From: Polyangiales bacterium
GTDB taxonomy: Bacteria > Myxococcota_A > Polyangia > Polyangiales > Polyangiaceae
Length of the DNA stretch: 64,000 nt
NCBI GenBank assembly: GCA_038231275.1
Contig: JBBRLQ010000006.1
Coordinates: forward strand, 1-64,000
Direction: 5' to 3'
Shown here: positions 19,686 to 29,264 of the stretch, in pieces
Numbering within the stretch: position 1 is the first letter of the stretch
Layout of the letters: every line of letters starts with the position of its first letter
Program-made: the position numbers and the translations under genes
The notes under the pieces: generated by a model
Told to the model about the DNA's origin: nothing
Database searches by the model: none
The model's input: only the letters and a program-made list of their open reading frames with translations

Positions 19686-20240
19686 CTACGCTCTTCTGGC
19701 CGGCCGCCCGCGCGAAGATCGAGATCTGGTCGCGACCCCGCTCCTTCCTTTGACCGCGGTCGAGGGTCGAGGGTGCCCCACGCGGCGACGCGCGGGCACC
19801 GTGGCGGGCGCGGCAGCGGCGCAGAGCCGATCGGTCTCCGCGCGCATGCGTCGGTCCTTCGACGGCGTGTCGTGATCCCACCCGAGGAGGTGGAGGAGGC
19901 CATGCGCGAGGAGCATCGTCAGCTCGTCGAGGACCGGTCGCTTTCGCGCGAGAGCCTGCTTTCTCGCCGTGGGGACGCTGACAATGACATCGCCCAAGAG
20001 ATCGCCGGCGAGGCGCGCGAAATCCCCCTCGCGCATCGCGAATGCGAGCACGTCCGTCGGACGATCTTTTCCACGATAAGATTTGTTCAACTCTTGGATT
20101 TGAAGATCGTCCGTTAGGACGATAGATACTTCGGCTTTTTCCAATTGAAGGCAGCTCAGCATGGCGCGCATGCGACGGGCGATTTCGGGGCGGCGAACGC
20201 CCTCGTGGGGGCCGCTCTCGATGCGAAGGCGTACAGGCAT
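19686..20240 (-). CDS. ybeY: rRNA maturation endoribonuclease YbeY
   Basis: LNKSYRGKDRPTDVLAF, LGDVIVS, HGLLHLLGWDH. Confidence 0.95.
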   Translation of the reverse strand: MPVRLRIESGPHEGVRRPEIARRMRAMLSCLQLEKAEVSIVLTDDLQIQELNKSYRGKDRPTDVLAFAMREGDFARLAGDLLGDVIVSVPTARKQALARKRPVLDELTMLLAHGLLHLLGWDHDTPSKDRRMRAETDRLCAAAAPATVPARRRVGHPRPSTAVKGRSGVATRSRSSRGRPARRA

Positions 20241-20279
20241 TGCGAGGCCGCGATATAGCGCGCAAGCTGTGCGGCGTAC

Positions 20280-21032
20280 ATGCTCGAAGTCGGACGGCGT
20301 GAGGGCGCGCGGAGCGCCGAGAGACCGGTCGGAATCCGTGAACGCGCGTGCGTCCTCGTACCCGCGTACCAAGCGGACAAGACGCTCGCGATCGTCCTCG
20401 CGGATCTCGCGCGCGAGCTGCCGGACATTCCGGTGTTCGTCGTCGACGACGGCTCCACCGATGGCACCGCCGAGGTCGCGCGGGGAGGCGGCGCGACGGT
20501 GCTCCGGCACGAACGGAACCGCGGCAAGGGGGCCGCGCTCGTCACCGGCCTAAAGGCCGCGCGGGCGGCGGGATTCGCGGTGGCGCTGACGGTCGACGCC
20601 GACGCGCAACATCCCGCCGTCGAGGCGCGCGCCGTCCTCTTCGCGAGCGACGATGCCCGCGCGCTGGTCCTCGGCATCCGCGACCTCCCGGGTGCAGGTG
20701 CGCCGCGCGCCAACCAGATCTCCAACCGCATCAGCAACTACTTCCTCTCGCGCTTCGCGAGGAGGCCCCTCGCCGACACGCAGTGCGGGCTGCGTCGCTA
20801 TCCGGTCGAGGAGACGCTGGCCCTCGAGGGGCGTGCCGACGGCTACGCGTTCGAAGCCGAGGTGCTCCTCCTGGCGGCGCGAACCGGTCTCCCTATCGTC
20901 GAGCTCCCGGTGCGCGTCGTCTACCCCGACCCGCGCGAACGGATCACGCACTTTGACAGCGTGAAAGATCCGATGCGCATCATCGCAGTCGTCTTGCGGA
21001 CGCTCGCGCGCCTGCGGTCGAGGGGGCGATGA
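20280..21032 (+). CDS. Family 2 glycosyltransferase (DPM/ApeJ-like)
   Basis: VPAY, VDDGSTDGT, RNRGKGAAL, TVDADAQH, DTQCGLRRY, THF..VKD. Confidence 0.9.
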   Translation: MLEVGRREGARSAERPVGIRERACVLVPAYQADKTLAIVLADLARELPDIPVFVVDDGSTDGTAEVARGGGATVLRHERNRGKGAALVTGLKAARAAGFAVALTVDADAQHPAVEARAVLFASDDARALVLGIRDLPGAGAPRANQISNRISNYFLSRFARRPLADTQCGLRRYPVEETLALEGRADGYAFEAEVLLLAARTGLPIVELPVRVVYPDPRERITHFDSVKDPMRIIAVVLRTLARLRSRGR

Positions 21033-22420
21033 CGCGGCGGCGGAGAAGGCTCTTGGTCCTCGGCGCGCTCGTCGCGGCGCTGCCGCTGGCGCATGTGGGC
21101 GTGTGCTTGGGCACGCGCATTCCGTTGCCGGCGGTGACGGTCCCGGCACCGAGCCCCGCGGCGAGGACCTTCGTGCGCGACGGCGTACGTGAGGTCCACC
21201 TGTCGGGGACGCCCGAGCAGCTCGGGGCCGATCACGCGCGCCTGCTCCGCGATCGCATGGTCGTCGACGAGGCGGACGTGTGGGGGAGCTTCGAGCAGCA
21301 CGTGTCCTTCGCGCCCGCGCGCGCGCTCATCCTCGACATCGGGCGCGTGCGCTACCGCCACGTCGATCAGCAATTTCCAGAGGCGCGTCGTCGCGAGCTC
21401 GCCGCGCAGGCCGCTACATTTTCGCCCGATCCGTACGACGGCAAGCTACCCACCTACCAGCGCATGGTCTTCCTCCACGCGCTCTACGACATCGCGCTCG
21501 GCTTCGAAGAGGCGCCGCTCGTCGGGTGCACGGCGATGGGCTTCGGGCCGAGCGTCACCGCCGACGGGCACGTCCTCGTCGCGCGGGCCTTCGACTTCGA
21601 GGCGAGCGAGATCTTCGATCGCGACAAGGCCGTGTACTTCGTGCACGAGGACGGGAAGATCCCATTCGCGAGCGTGGCGTGGCCGGGGCTCGTCGGCGTG
21701 GTGACGGGGATGAACCTCGAGGGAGTCATGATCCTCGTGAACGGCGCGCGCGCAAAGGAGCCACGCGCGGACGGAATTCCCGTCGCGTTTTCGGTGCGCG
21801 AGGTCCTGGAGCAAGCGCACGACGCGCGCGAGGCCGTGCGCCTGCTCTCCGCGCAGCAGGTGATGGTCTCGCATCTGCTCCTCGTCGCCGACGCGACCGG
21901 GAGCTTCGCGGTCGTCGAGCGCGCCGCCGGTACCGAGGCCACCGTGCGATCGTCGTGGACCGATCCGGATCGCGTCGCGCTCACCAATCACTTCGAAGGA
22001 CCGCTCGCCGACGATCCGCGCAACCAGCGCATCCGGGCGCAGACGACGACGCTCGATCGCCGGGCAAGGGCCGACGAGCTGCTCGCGGCGCTGCCCGCCC
22101 ATTCGGCGACGCCGGCGAGCGTCGTCGGGATGATGCGCGACCACGGCTGCTCGGGCGGGCGGACGTGCGAGCTCGGCGATCGTCGATCGCTCGATGCGCT
22201 CATCGCCACCCACGGCGTCGTCGCGGACACGACGGCGCGCGTCATGTGGGTCAGCGCGGGGCCGCATCTCTCGGGAAAATTCGTTCGCTTCGATCTCCAC
22301 GAGGCCTTCGAAGGGCGCGCGCCGGCCGAGGGCGCGACGACGATCCCCGAAGATCCCATCCTCGCCGAGGGTCGCTACGACGGAGGACGCGCGCGAGCGA
22401 TCGCGGCGAAGCGCCAATGA
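21029..22420 (+). CDS. C45-family Ntn-hydrolase / acyltransferase with N-terminal anchor
   Basis: G/CTA autoprocessing site, ARAFDF, WPGLVGVVTGMN, TNHF. Confidence 0.85.
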   Translation: MTRRRRRLLVLGALVAALPLAHVGVCLGTRIPLPAVTVPAPSPAARTFVRDGVREVHLSGTPEQLGADHARLLRDRMVVDEADVWGSFEQHVSFAPARALILDIGRVRYRHVDQQFPEARRRELAAQAATFSPDPYDGKLPTYQRMVFLHALYDIALGFEEAPLVGCTAMGFGPSVTADGHVLVARAFDFEASEIFDRDKAVYFVHEDGKIPFASVAWPGLVGVVTGMNLEGVMILVNGARAKEPRADGIPVAFSVREVLEQAHDAREAVRLLSAQQVMVSHLLLVADATGSFAVVERAAGTEATVRSSWTDPDRVALTNHFEGPLADDPRNQRIRAQTTTLDRRARADELLAALPAHSATPASVVGMMRDHGCSGGRTCELGDRRSLDALIATHGVVADTTARVMWVSAGPHLSGKFVRFDLHEAFEGRAPAEGATTIPEDPILAEGRYDGGRARAIAAKRQ

Positions 22421-23010
22421 CGTTCGGCCGTCGAGAGCTCCTCGCGTTCGTCGCCGCGACGTCGCTCGCCCGCCACGCGCGCGCCGGTGGACCGCCCGCC
22501 GCGTGGAAGACGCTGTCGGGGCCGTTCTCCCAAGAGCGGACGCTGGGGATGTTCAAGTCGACCGTGCGCTCGACGGGAAAGATGACCATCGTGCGGCCCG
22601 ATCGCCTCCGTTGGGAGCTCTTCGCGCCGGACGAGATCGTGTACTGGGCGACGCCCGAGGTGCTCGCGTATCGAAGTCGCGAGGGCTCGGGCAGGGTGCC
22701 GGCGAACGCGGGGCGTCTGGCCGCGTCGATGTCGGATCTGCGCGCAATGCTCACGGGCGACGTGACGTCGCTCCGCGCGCGCTACGAAGTACGGGAGGAC
22801 GTGCGGGACGACGGCGCGACGATCGAGGCCGTCCCTAAAGAGGGGACCAAGTGCCCCTTCAAGAAGGTCACGCTCGAGCTCGCTGCGGATCGCATTCGTC
22901 CTGTCCGCGCCACGCTCGTCGAAGGTCCGAAGGACGAGACGCGAATCCGTTTCGGTGAGCTCGTCGTCGATGGTCCGGTCGATCCGCGGACGATGGATCC
23001 GCCGCGTTGA
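22417..23010 (+). CDS. LolA-like lipoprotein/lipid carrier with Tat-like signal
   Basis: RRELL signal; FSQERTL, STGKMTIVRPDRLRWE; ATGA overlap. Confidence 0.8.
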   Translation: MTFGRRELLAFVAATSLARHARAGGPPAAWKTLSGPFSQERTLGMFKSTVRSTGKMTIVRPDRLRWELFAPDEIVYWATPEVLAYRSREGSGRVPANAGRLAASMSDLRAMLTGDVTSLRARYEVREDVRDDGATIEAVPKEGTKCPFKKVTLELAADRIRPVRATLVEGPKDETRIRFGELVVDGPVDPRTMDPPR

Positions 23011-23099
23011 TTCGGCCTTAAATAAGCGCTTTCAAAACTTGGCCCTCTTGCCGAGGACGCACCAATGTCGGGGCGGTTTTCGAAGTTGGAGGAGCGAAG

Positions 23100-23471
23100 A
23101 TGAGCGAGAGCACCGCACGCGCGCAAGAAGACGTCGGCCCGGGCAGTTATGGGGGACGGGACCGGCGCCGCCACCGCATCTACGTCACCAAGAACACCGA
23201 GTACCACTTCCGCGATGGCTTCTGCGTCGCCGTCCGGGATCGACGAACCGGGGATTTCTTGCGCGGTCATCTCGCGCTTCGCCGCCGCATCCACGGCGGC
23301 CTGCGCTTCTACCTCAACGGCGCGATCGTCCCCAACCCCGGCGAACCCTCGCCGGGGGAGGCGCTGTATTTTGCGACCGATGGGCGCGACCTCGTGACGA
23401 GCCCGCTCGAGAAGGTCGAGCGTCCGCCGCGTGACCTCGTCCTCGCGTACCCGGACGACAAAAAGAAATAA
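23100..23471 (+). CDS. Conserved-looking hypothetical protein
   Basis: GGAGGAG RBS; YVTKNTEYHFRDGFCVAVRDRRTG. Confidence 0.75.
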   Translation: MSESTARAQEDVGPGSYGGRDRRRHRIYVTKNTEYHFRDGFCVAVRDRRTGDFLRGHLALRRRIHGGLRFYLNGAIVPNPGEPSPGEALYFATDGRDLVTSPLEKVERPPRDLVLAYPDDKKK

Positions 23472-23514
23472 GCACTCGCACCGCCCCGAAAAACTCTCCA
23501 CAATTGGGGCGTCG

Positions 23515-24096
23515 ATGCTCGCCGTCACTCCCCGTCATGAGCTTCGAGCTCGGCCGCTCGAGACTCACCGCCTGATCCTCGCGCCGATCGACACGTCCGA
23601 CGCCCGTGATTTGTGGACCGCAGTCGACGGCTCACGGGCGCACCTCGAGCCGTGGCTGCCGTGGGTGCCGTTCAACATCGACGCGGAGGCGAGCTACCGG
23701 TACGCGGAGGCGAGCGCCGCCGATTGGGACAGCGCGCGGGCATGCCGCTTCGCGATCCGCGAGCGCGCGGGCAAGCGTCTCGTCGGTGTGGTGGGGCTGG
23801 AGGCGTTCGCGCACCTCCACCAGAGCGTCGAGCTCGGGTACTGGCTCCGCAACGACACGACCGGCAAAGGGTTCATGACCGAGGCCGCGCGCGGCGTCGT
23901 CGGCTGGGCGTTCGGACCACTCGGCGCCCACCGTGTGCGCGTCGCTGCGGCGACCGACAACCACGCGTCGCTCGCGGTGATTCGCCGCTTGGGCTTTCAT
24001 TTCGAGGGGATCGCAAGGCAGGCCGAGCGGTGCCACGGACGGTGGCTCGACCACGCAGTCTTTTCCCTCCTCGCTTCCGACCGGCGGGGCCCGTAA
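23515..24096 (+). CDS. RimJ/RimL-family GNAT N-acetyltransferase
   Basis: HLEPWLPW, ELGYWL....GKGFMTEA, NHASLAVIRRLGFHFEG. Confidence 0.9.
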   Translation: MLAVTPRHELRARPLETHRLILAPIDTSDARDLWTAVDGSRAHLEPWLPWVPFNIDAEASYRYAEASAADWDSARACRFAIRERAGKRLVGVVGLEAFAHLHQSVELGYWLRNDTTGKGFMTEAARGVVGWAFGPLGAHRVRVAAATDNHASLAVIRRLGFHFEGIARQAERCHGRWLDHAVFSLLASDRRGP

Positions 24097-24135
24097 GAGC
24101 TTAACCCTCGGGCGCGCGCAGCCGTTCGAAGGAGT

Positions 24136-25317
24136 GTGCGCGTTCGTACCATTTCACTGACCTTTGCGCTGGCGTTGGCCGGCGGCGAAGCCCATGCAGA
24201 GGGGCTTCGCGTGCACGGCCTCGGCGGAGGGACGCTGCCAGTTGGGGCGCCGCAGTCGAAGGAGTACGGCATGGGCGGCGGTGGTGCGGTCGCCGTCGAG
24301 CTGCCCCTCGTCCCCGTCTTCGGTCTCCAGGCGGAGGGCGGTGCCTTCGCGCAGAGCAAGGCAGGTCGGCCTGCCGATCCGACGCTCGCCGACCACGGCG
24401 CGGGCAACTCGATTTTCGGCGCGCTCGGCGGGCGGCTTCGTCCGTTCGGCGGCGGCGGACGCGTCGGCGGTCCCTGGATCGACGCGAACCTCGGCGTCGC
24501 GGAGACCGGCGGCGCGAGCCGGATGACGTTCGACGCCCACGTCGGCCACGACTTCCGCGTTGGTGATGGCCGCGTCGATATCGGCCCATTTGTAGGATAC
24601 ACGCAAATCGTCCAGCCCAAGGACACGCTCCGCCCCGACGACGCGCACGTCCTTTGGCTCGGGATTCACGTCGCACTCGGCGCGCCGCTCCCCCCTCCGC
24701 CGCCGCCCGCGCAGATGGCCAGGGTCGAGCCGCCCAAGCCTCCGCCTCCTCCGCCCCCGCCCCCGCCTGCCGAGCCGCCGGCACCGAGCGATCGCGACAA
24801 GGACGTGATCGCGGACGCCGACGACGCGTGCCCCGACGTGCCCGGCATCCCGACCGGCGATCCGAAGACGAACGGCTGCCCGAAAGAGGGCGAGCACGTC
24901 CACGTCGAAGGAATGCAGATCTTGCTCGACGACATCATCCACTTCGAGTCGGACAGCCCGCGCGTCCGCCACGTCAGTTACACGCTCCTCCGCCACGTCG
25001 CCGAGTACATCACCAAGAACGACGACGTGCAGGAGGTCGACATCGAGGGTCACGCCGACATCACCGGGTCCGAGGCGCACAACCAGTGGCTGAGCGAGCA
25101 GCGCGCGAAGAGCGTGAAGGCGCTCCTCGTCCGGTTCGGGGTCGCCGAGGCCAAGCTGACCACGCGCGGCCACGGCGAGCTCGCCCCGCGCGTCGCGGGC
25201 AACACCGAGCTTCAATTCTGGCAAAACCGCCGCGTCGAGTTCGTGATCACGCGCGCTCGCGCTCGCGATGAAGCGGCGCCGCAGGAACCGACCGCACACC
25301 ACGGGAGCGCACAATGA
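24136..25317 (+). CDS. OmpA-family protein (beta-barrel, poly-Pro, TSP3-like repeat, peptidoglycan-binding domain)
   Basis: DRDKDVIADADDACP, IEGHAD, NQWLSEQRA, NRRVEF. Confidence 0.9.
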   Translation: MRVRTISLTFALALAGGEAHAEGLRVHGLGGGTLPVGAPQSKEYGMGGGGAVAVELPLVPVFGLQAEGGAFAQSKAGRPADPTLADHGAGNSIFGALGGRLRPFGGGGRVGGPWIDANLGVAETGGASRMTFDAHVGHDFRVGDGRVDIGPFVGYTQIVQPKDTLRPDDAHVLWLGIHVALGAPLPPPPPPAQMARVEPPKPPPPPPPPPPAEPPAPSDRDKDVIADADDACPDVPGIPTGDPKTNGCPKEGEHVHVEGMQILLDDIIHFESDSPRVRHVSYTLLRHVAEYITKNDDVQEVDIEGHADITGSEAHNQWLSEQRAKSVKALLVRFGVAEAKLTTRGHGELAPRVAGNTELQFWQNRRVEFVITRARARDEAAPQEPTAHHGSAQ

Positions 25318-26618
25318 TTCGCCGCTTCGCCGTCGCGTCCGTCCTCGTGATCGCCATCTCCGCGGTCGCCGCCGGGTGCGGTCAGGACGCAGCACTCGTC
25401 GGCGGCGAGTGCGCCGCCGGCCTCACCGAGTGCAACCTCCGCTGCGTCGACCTGACGCGAGATACGAGCAACTGCGGCGCCTGCGGGCACGCCTGCGATC
25501 CGGGCGTCGCGTGCGTCGCAGGCGCATGCGCAACCGCTCCGTTCAGCGTCGACGCGACGATCAACGGGCCAAGCTCCGACGACGGCGGTGGCAACGTCGA
25601 CGGCACCACCTCCGACGCACCGACGATCGACGGCGGGACCGGCGACGGCGCGACGAACGACGGCGCGACCACGGACGCTTCGATCGGAGACGCCGACGCT
25701 GGCGTCGCACCCGACGGCGCCGCGTGCGTCCCGCCCTACGACACGATTTACCAGTGCGGCACCTGCCAAACGGCGTGCGTGGCACCCGATGACGTGTGCA
25801 AGCCCGTCGGCGACGGGACCTACGTGTGCGGCCAGCTTTGTACTGCGCCGCTCGTGAACTGCGGCGGCGCCTGCGTCGACAAAACCAACGATCCTTCCAA
25901 CTGCGGCGCGTGCGGCAAGGTCTGCCCGTCCAATCTTTGCATCGGCTCGGTCTGCCAAGGCTCGACGCCCGGCGACGTCGTCCTCGTCGGCCACGACTAC
26001 GCAACGACGGCAGCCGCGACCGCCCAGGGGACGGTCCTCGCAAACGCCGTCTTCATCCCTGCGACCAACCCGCTCCGCGTGCTCTCGTACGAGCGCTACG
26101 CCGACGTCACCGCCGTGCAGAACGCGAAGAAGATCGTCGGGGTGCGCGCCGCCTCGCTCAATCGAACGGTGGCGTACACCGTCAGCGTCGCGGACGGAGA
26201 CGTCCCGAGCAAGCTCTCTCCCTCCGCGTTCGACGTCCTCGTCGTGCATGATCAAAAGGCCGCTGCCGCGGGCGCGCTCGGCGCGCTGGGCGATTCGTGG
26301 GCCGCGACGCTGGCCGCGTTCGACAAGGCCGGCGGCGTGATCGTCGTCCTCGATGGCGACGTCGGCGTCGCCGAGATGCCGCAGTTCGTCACGAGCGCCG
26401 GCCTCCTCCAAGTGGCGTCGCACGCCCCGCTCGCCTCCGGCTCAGCGGTCACGGTGACCGCGCCGAGCGACGACGTCGGCGTGGGCGTCCTCAGTCCCTA
26501 CGGCGTCTGGAGCCACTCCGCCACCTTCACGCTCGCCGACCTCACCAACGTCACCGTCGTCGTCCGCGCCGGGAATGGCTCCGGCAGCCCGGTCGTCGCC
26601 CACCGCATCGTGCCGTAG
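25314..26618 (+). CDS. Cys-rich lipoprotein (myxobacterial NCGACG repeats)
   Basis: Lipobox AAGC; CVDLTRDTSNCGACGHAC and CVDKTNDPSNCGACGKVC repeats. Confidence 0.8.
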   Translation: MIRRFAVASVLVIAISAVAAGCGQDAALVGGECAAGLTECNLRCVDLTRDTSNCGACGHACDPGVACVAGACATAPFSVDATINGPSSDDGGGNVDGTTSDAPTIDGGTGDGATNDGATTDASIGDADAGVAPDGAACVPPYDTIYQCGTCQTACVAPDDVCKPVGDGTYVCGQLCTAPLVNCGGACVDKTNDPSNCGACGKVCPSNLCIGSVCQGSTPGDVVLVGHDYATTAAATAQGTVLANAVFIPATNPLRVLSYERYADVTAVQNAKKIVGVRAASLNRTVAYTVSVADGDVPSKLSPSAFDVLVVHDQKAAAAGALGALGDSWAATLAAFDKAGGVIVVLDGDVGVAEMPQFVTSAGLLQVASHAPLASGSAVTVTAPSDDVGVGVLSPYGVWSHSATFTLADLTNVTVVVRAGNGSGSPVVAHRIVP

Positions 26619-26627
26619 TCACGCCGC

Positions 26628-27524
26628 TCAGCGGCGAAACGACGCGATTGTCGCCCGCACGCGCCCGATGCCTTCGGCGCTGCGGGAGCCGTACCAGCAG
26701 AGATCCTTTCCGTCGATCTTCGCGACGGCGCCGCGCATGGCCGCCGGGATCGCGAGCGCTCGGAAGACCTCCGCATCGGCGTCCGTAAAGGGATGCGGCT
26801 CGTCGGGAAGAAGGACGAGCTCCGGCGCCCGCGCGGTGACCTCGTCGAGCGTGACGCGTGGGTAGCGGACGTCGCGCCCCTCGACCTTCTCGGGGGGCAG
26901 CGCGGTGGCTTTGCCGAGGTCGGCCGCCAGCGGATACCGGCGCTCGCGATCCGCGAAGACGTTCTGGGCGCCGCACAGGTCCAGCATGTCGCTGATGAAG
27001 GTGGCGCCGTGGATCGTCATCAGCGGGGACATCCAGATCGGGCAGAACGTGCGGAGGGGAGTCGTCTCCTTGCGCGCCGCTTCGGCCTCGCGCACCGCCT
27101 CGTAGGCTTGCTTGCAGAGTGCACGCACCTCCGGATCCTTCTCGACGCGAAAAATGCGCGCGAGGCGCGCCATGTGGGCGACCCCGTCGGCGACCCGCTT
27201 GGGGAACGCGATGAAGACGTGCACGTTCGCCTTCACGAGCGCCTCGAGATCGCTGCGCGAGTTCTCTTCCTGGTTCGCGAGGACGAGATCCGGCTCGAGC
27301 GCGAGGATGTCGGCCACCCGCGGGTTCTTGGTGCCGCCCACGCTCTTCACGGCGGCGATCTCCTCCGGGAGGACGCAATAGTCCGTGCGGCCCACCAGCG
27401 CGGCGCCGGCCCCGAGGGCGGCCACCGTCAGCGTGTCGCTCGGGACGAGGGACACCACGCGCTTGGGCGCCGCGCCGAAGACGAGCTCGCGGCGGCGATC
27501 GTCGGTGACCTTGAGGAGCGCCAC
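26628..27524 (-). CDS. Helical-backbone metal receptor (BtuF-like), no signal peptide
   Basis: RVVSLVPS, VGRTDYC, VGGTKNP, PDLVLANQEEN, YP. Confidence 0.85.
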   Translation of the reverse strand: MALLKVTDDRRRELVFGAAPKRVVSLVPSDTLTVAALGAGAALVGRTDYCVLPEEIAAVKSVGGTKNPRVADILALEPDLVLANQEENSRSDLEALVKANVHVFIAFPKRVADGVAHMARLARIFRVEKDPEVRALCKQAYEAVREAEAARKETTPLRTFCPIWMSPLMTIHGATFISDMLDLCGAQNVFADRERRYPLAADLGKATALPPEKVEGRDVRYPRVTLDEVTARAPELVLLPDEPHPFTDADAEVFRALAIPAAMRGAVAKIDGKDLCWYGSRSAEGIGRVRATIASFRR

Positions 27525-27525
27525 G

Positions 27526-27873
27526 TCAGTCGTCCTCGTCGAAATCCTCTTTGCCGGGCGGAGGCGCCGGGGGCCCTCCGTCCGCGTGTACGCCGATGCT
27601 CGCCGTGCAGTCGGCCCAGGTGAGCTCGTCGCACTTGCGGTTCTTGGCGCTGGCGACGCAAGAAAGCACGCGGCTCCCCTCTCTCTCGATCATTCGGTCG
27701 AGCGAGATGCGACAGCCTCGGCGACACTCGACGTCTGTGCACTTCGCGCTCGCGCGGGTGCCGCACGCCTTCACGCACGTCGCCTCGGGCGTCCCGGGCG
27801 GATCTTCGGCGCGGCACCCCGCGGAGCCGAGGAGGACCGCGAGGAACAACGCCTCGATCGCCGCGCGCATCAT
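27526..27873 (-). CDS. Small Cys-rich lipoprotein
   Basis: Lipobox SAGC; several further Cys. Confidence 0.7.
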   Translation of the reverse strand: MMRAAIEALFLAVLLGSAGCRAEDPPGTPEATCVKACGTRASAKCTDVECRRGCRISLDRMIEREGSRVLSCVASAKNRKCDELTWADCTASIGVHADGGPPAPPPGKEDFDEDD

Positions 27874-27904
27874 CGCCCCGGGAAATAGCACGAAAGGAGC
27901 CGCG

Positions 27905-29254
27905 TCAGCGCAGCGCCATGAGGGAGACCACCTTGAAGCCTCCCTTGGGCACGTCGATCTCCTGCTGCCGGTACACCCCGCGCGAGTCGAGGTGCACGCG
28001 ATGCCGGCCGGCCGCCACCCGCACGCGCGCGACGGCGATGCGCGCGGGGAGCGTCTCCCAGCTGCGCGTGTCGGGCGTGTCGAGCGCGGTCAACGTCGCC
28101 TGCGCGGCCAGCGATCCGAGGAAGCCCACCAAGCTCTTGCCGCTGGCCTGGTTGATCCCCTCGCCCACCGCGTACCGCGCGATGAGGCGCGTGATCGCGC
28201 TCAGGATGACCTTGCCCTCGATCTTCTTCCACTCCTGCCGCACCTGCGTGTCGACGTCGACGGCCTCCTGGAGCTGCACGAAGCCGTTGTCGAGCCGCAC
28301 CTCGGGCGTCGCCCATTTTCCCTGCCCTGGCGCGAGCGACGGGAAATTGATCCACGTGACGAGCCCCTGCGCGGCGAGCTTGTTGGCAGCGCGCGCGTTG
28401 TCGGGGTGGATGTCGTTGGCGACGAGCGTGAGCGCGAGGCCGATCGGAATTCGGTTCGGCACTTTGTGAGGGACCCGCCCGAAGCCGACGACGAAGAGGA
28501 TCTCGCCGCTTTCGTCGTCCGGCTCCTCCGCGTCTCCCCCTTCGGCGAGCGCGCGGAGCCGCGGGCTGGTGTACGTGCCGCGCGGCAGGAGTCTGTGCAC
28601 CGCGCCCCGCAGCCCGAAGAGCGACGAGAAGCGTGCGGCCTCGTCGTAGTAGCGGAGCGCCTCGTCGACGTCGTCGCTCTTCTCGAACGCGAAGCCGGCC
28701 AGGAACCCGCCGAGGCCGAGGATCGCGTTGTCCTTCTCGCCCAGCGTGTCGCCGATGTACTTCTGCATCACGGTGAGCCGCCGCGCTTCGATCTTGGCGC
28801 CCTGGAGATCGCCGGTCTCCAGGTAATTCAGCATGTTCAGCGTGTTGAGGAGGAGCTTCTCGTACGGCGGCGCGACGTATTTGCCCGACGAGCCGCTGAA
28901 GACGTACTCGCCGATGGTGTCGCCGGCGTTGCGGGCGAGATCGAGCATGTCGATCGCTTTGTCGGCCGCCTGAAAATCCTTCTTCGACGGCTCGAACTGC
29001 GCGAGCGACTGCTGGATCGTGGCGCGATCGAGGACGAGGAGCGCGTCGTCTCCCTCGACCTTCTTGGGGAGCTCGTCGTCTTTGTCGACGTCCATCTCCT
29101 TGTTGAGCGCCCGGATGGCTTCGCGCGGGCGACCCTCGTCGAGGGCCGTGCGCACCGGGAGCGTCCGCTCGGAGTGGCCGCCGCACGCCTGCGTCAGCGC
29201 GGCGAAGGCGACGAGACCGAGCGCTGTGGCCGTGGGCCCGAACCTCACGTGCAC
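27905..29254 (-). CDS. TPR-like lipoprotein (COG3014-like)
   Basis: Lipobox TQAC; PYEKLLLNTLNMLNYL, IEARR, DTRSWETLP; adjacent to lpoB. Confidence 0.75.
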   Translation of the reverse strand: MHVRFGPTATALGLVAFAALTQACGGHSERTLPVRTALDEGRPREAIRALNKEMDVDKDDELPKKVEGDDALLVLDRATIQQSLAQFEPSKKDFQAADKAIDMLDLARNAGDTIGEYVFSGSSGKYVAPPYEKLLLNTLNMLNYLETGDLQGAKIEARRLTVMQKYIGDTLGEKDNAILGLGGFLAGFAFEKSDDVDEALRYYDEAARFSSLFGLRGAVHRLLPRGTYTSPRLRALAEGGDAEEPDDESGEILFVVGFGRVPHKVPNRIPIGLALTLVANDIHPDNARAANKLAAQGLVTWINFPSLAPGQGKWATPEVRLDNGFVQLQEAVDVDTQVRQEWKKIEGKVILSAITRLIARYAVGEGINQASGKSLVGFLGSLAAQATLTALDTPDTRSWETLPARIAVARVRVAAGRHRVHLDSRGVYRQQEIDVPKGGFKVVSLMALR

Positions 29255-29264
29255 TGCCCGCGCC

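Noticed and set aside
19452..19690. Structured ncRNA or tRNA upstream of the HU gene
   Set aside because: Only short GC hairpins; no cloverleaf or recognisable riboswitch consensus.
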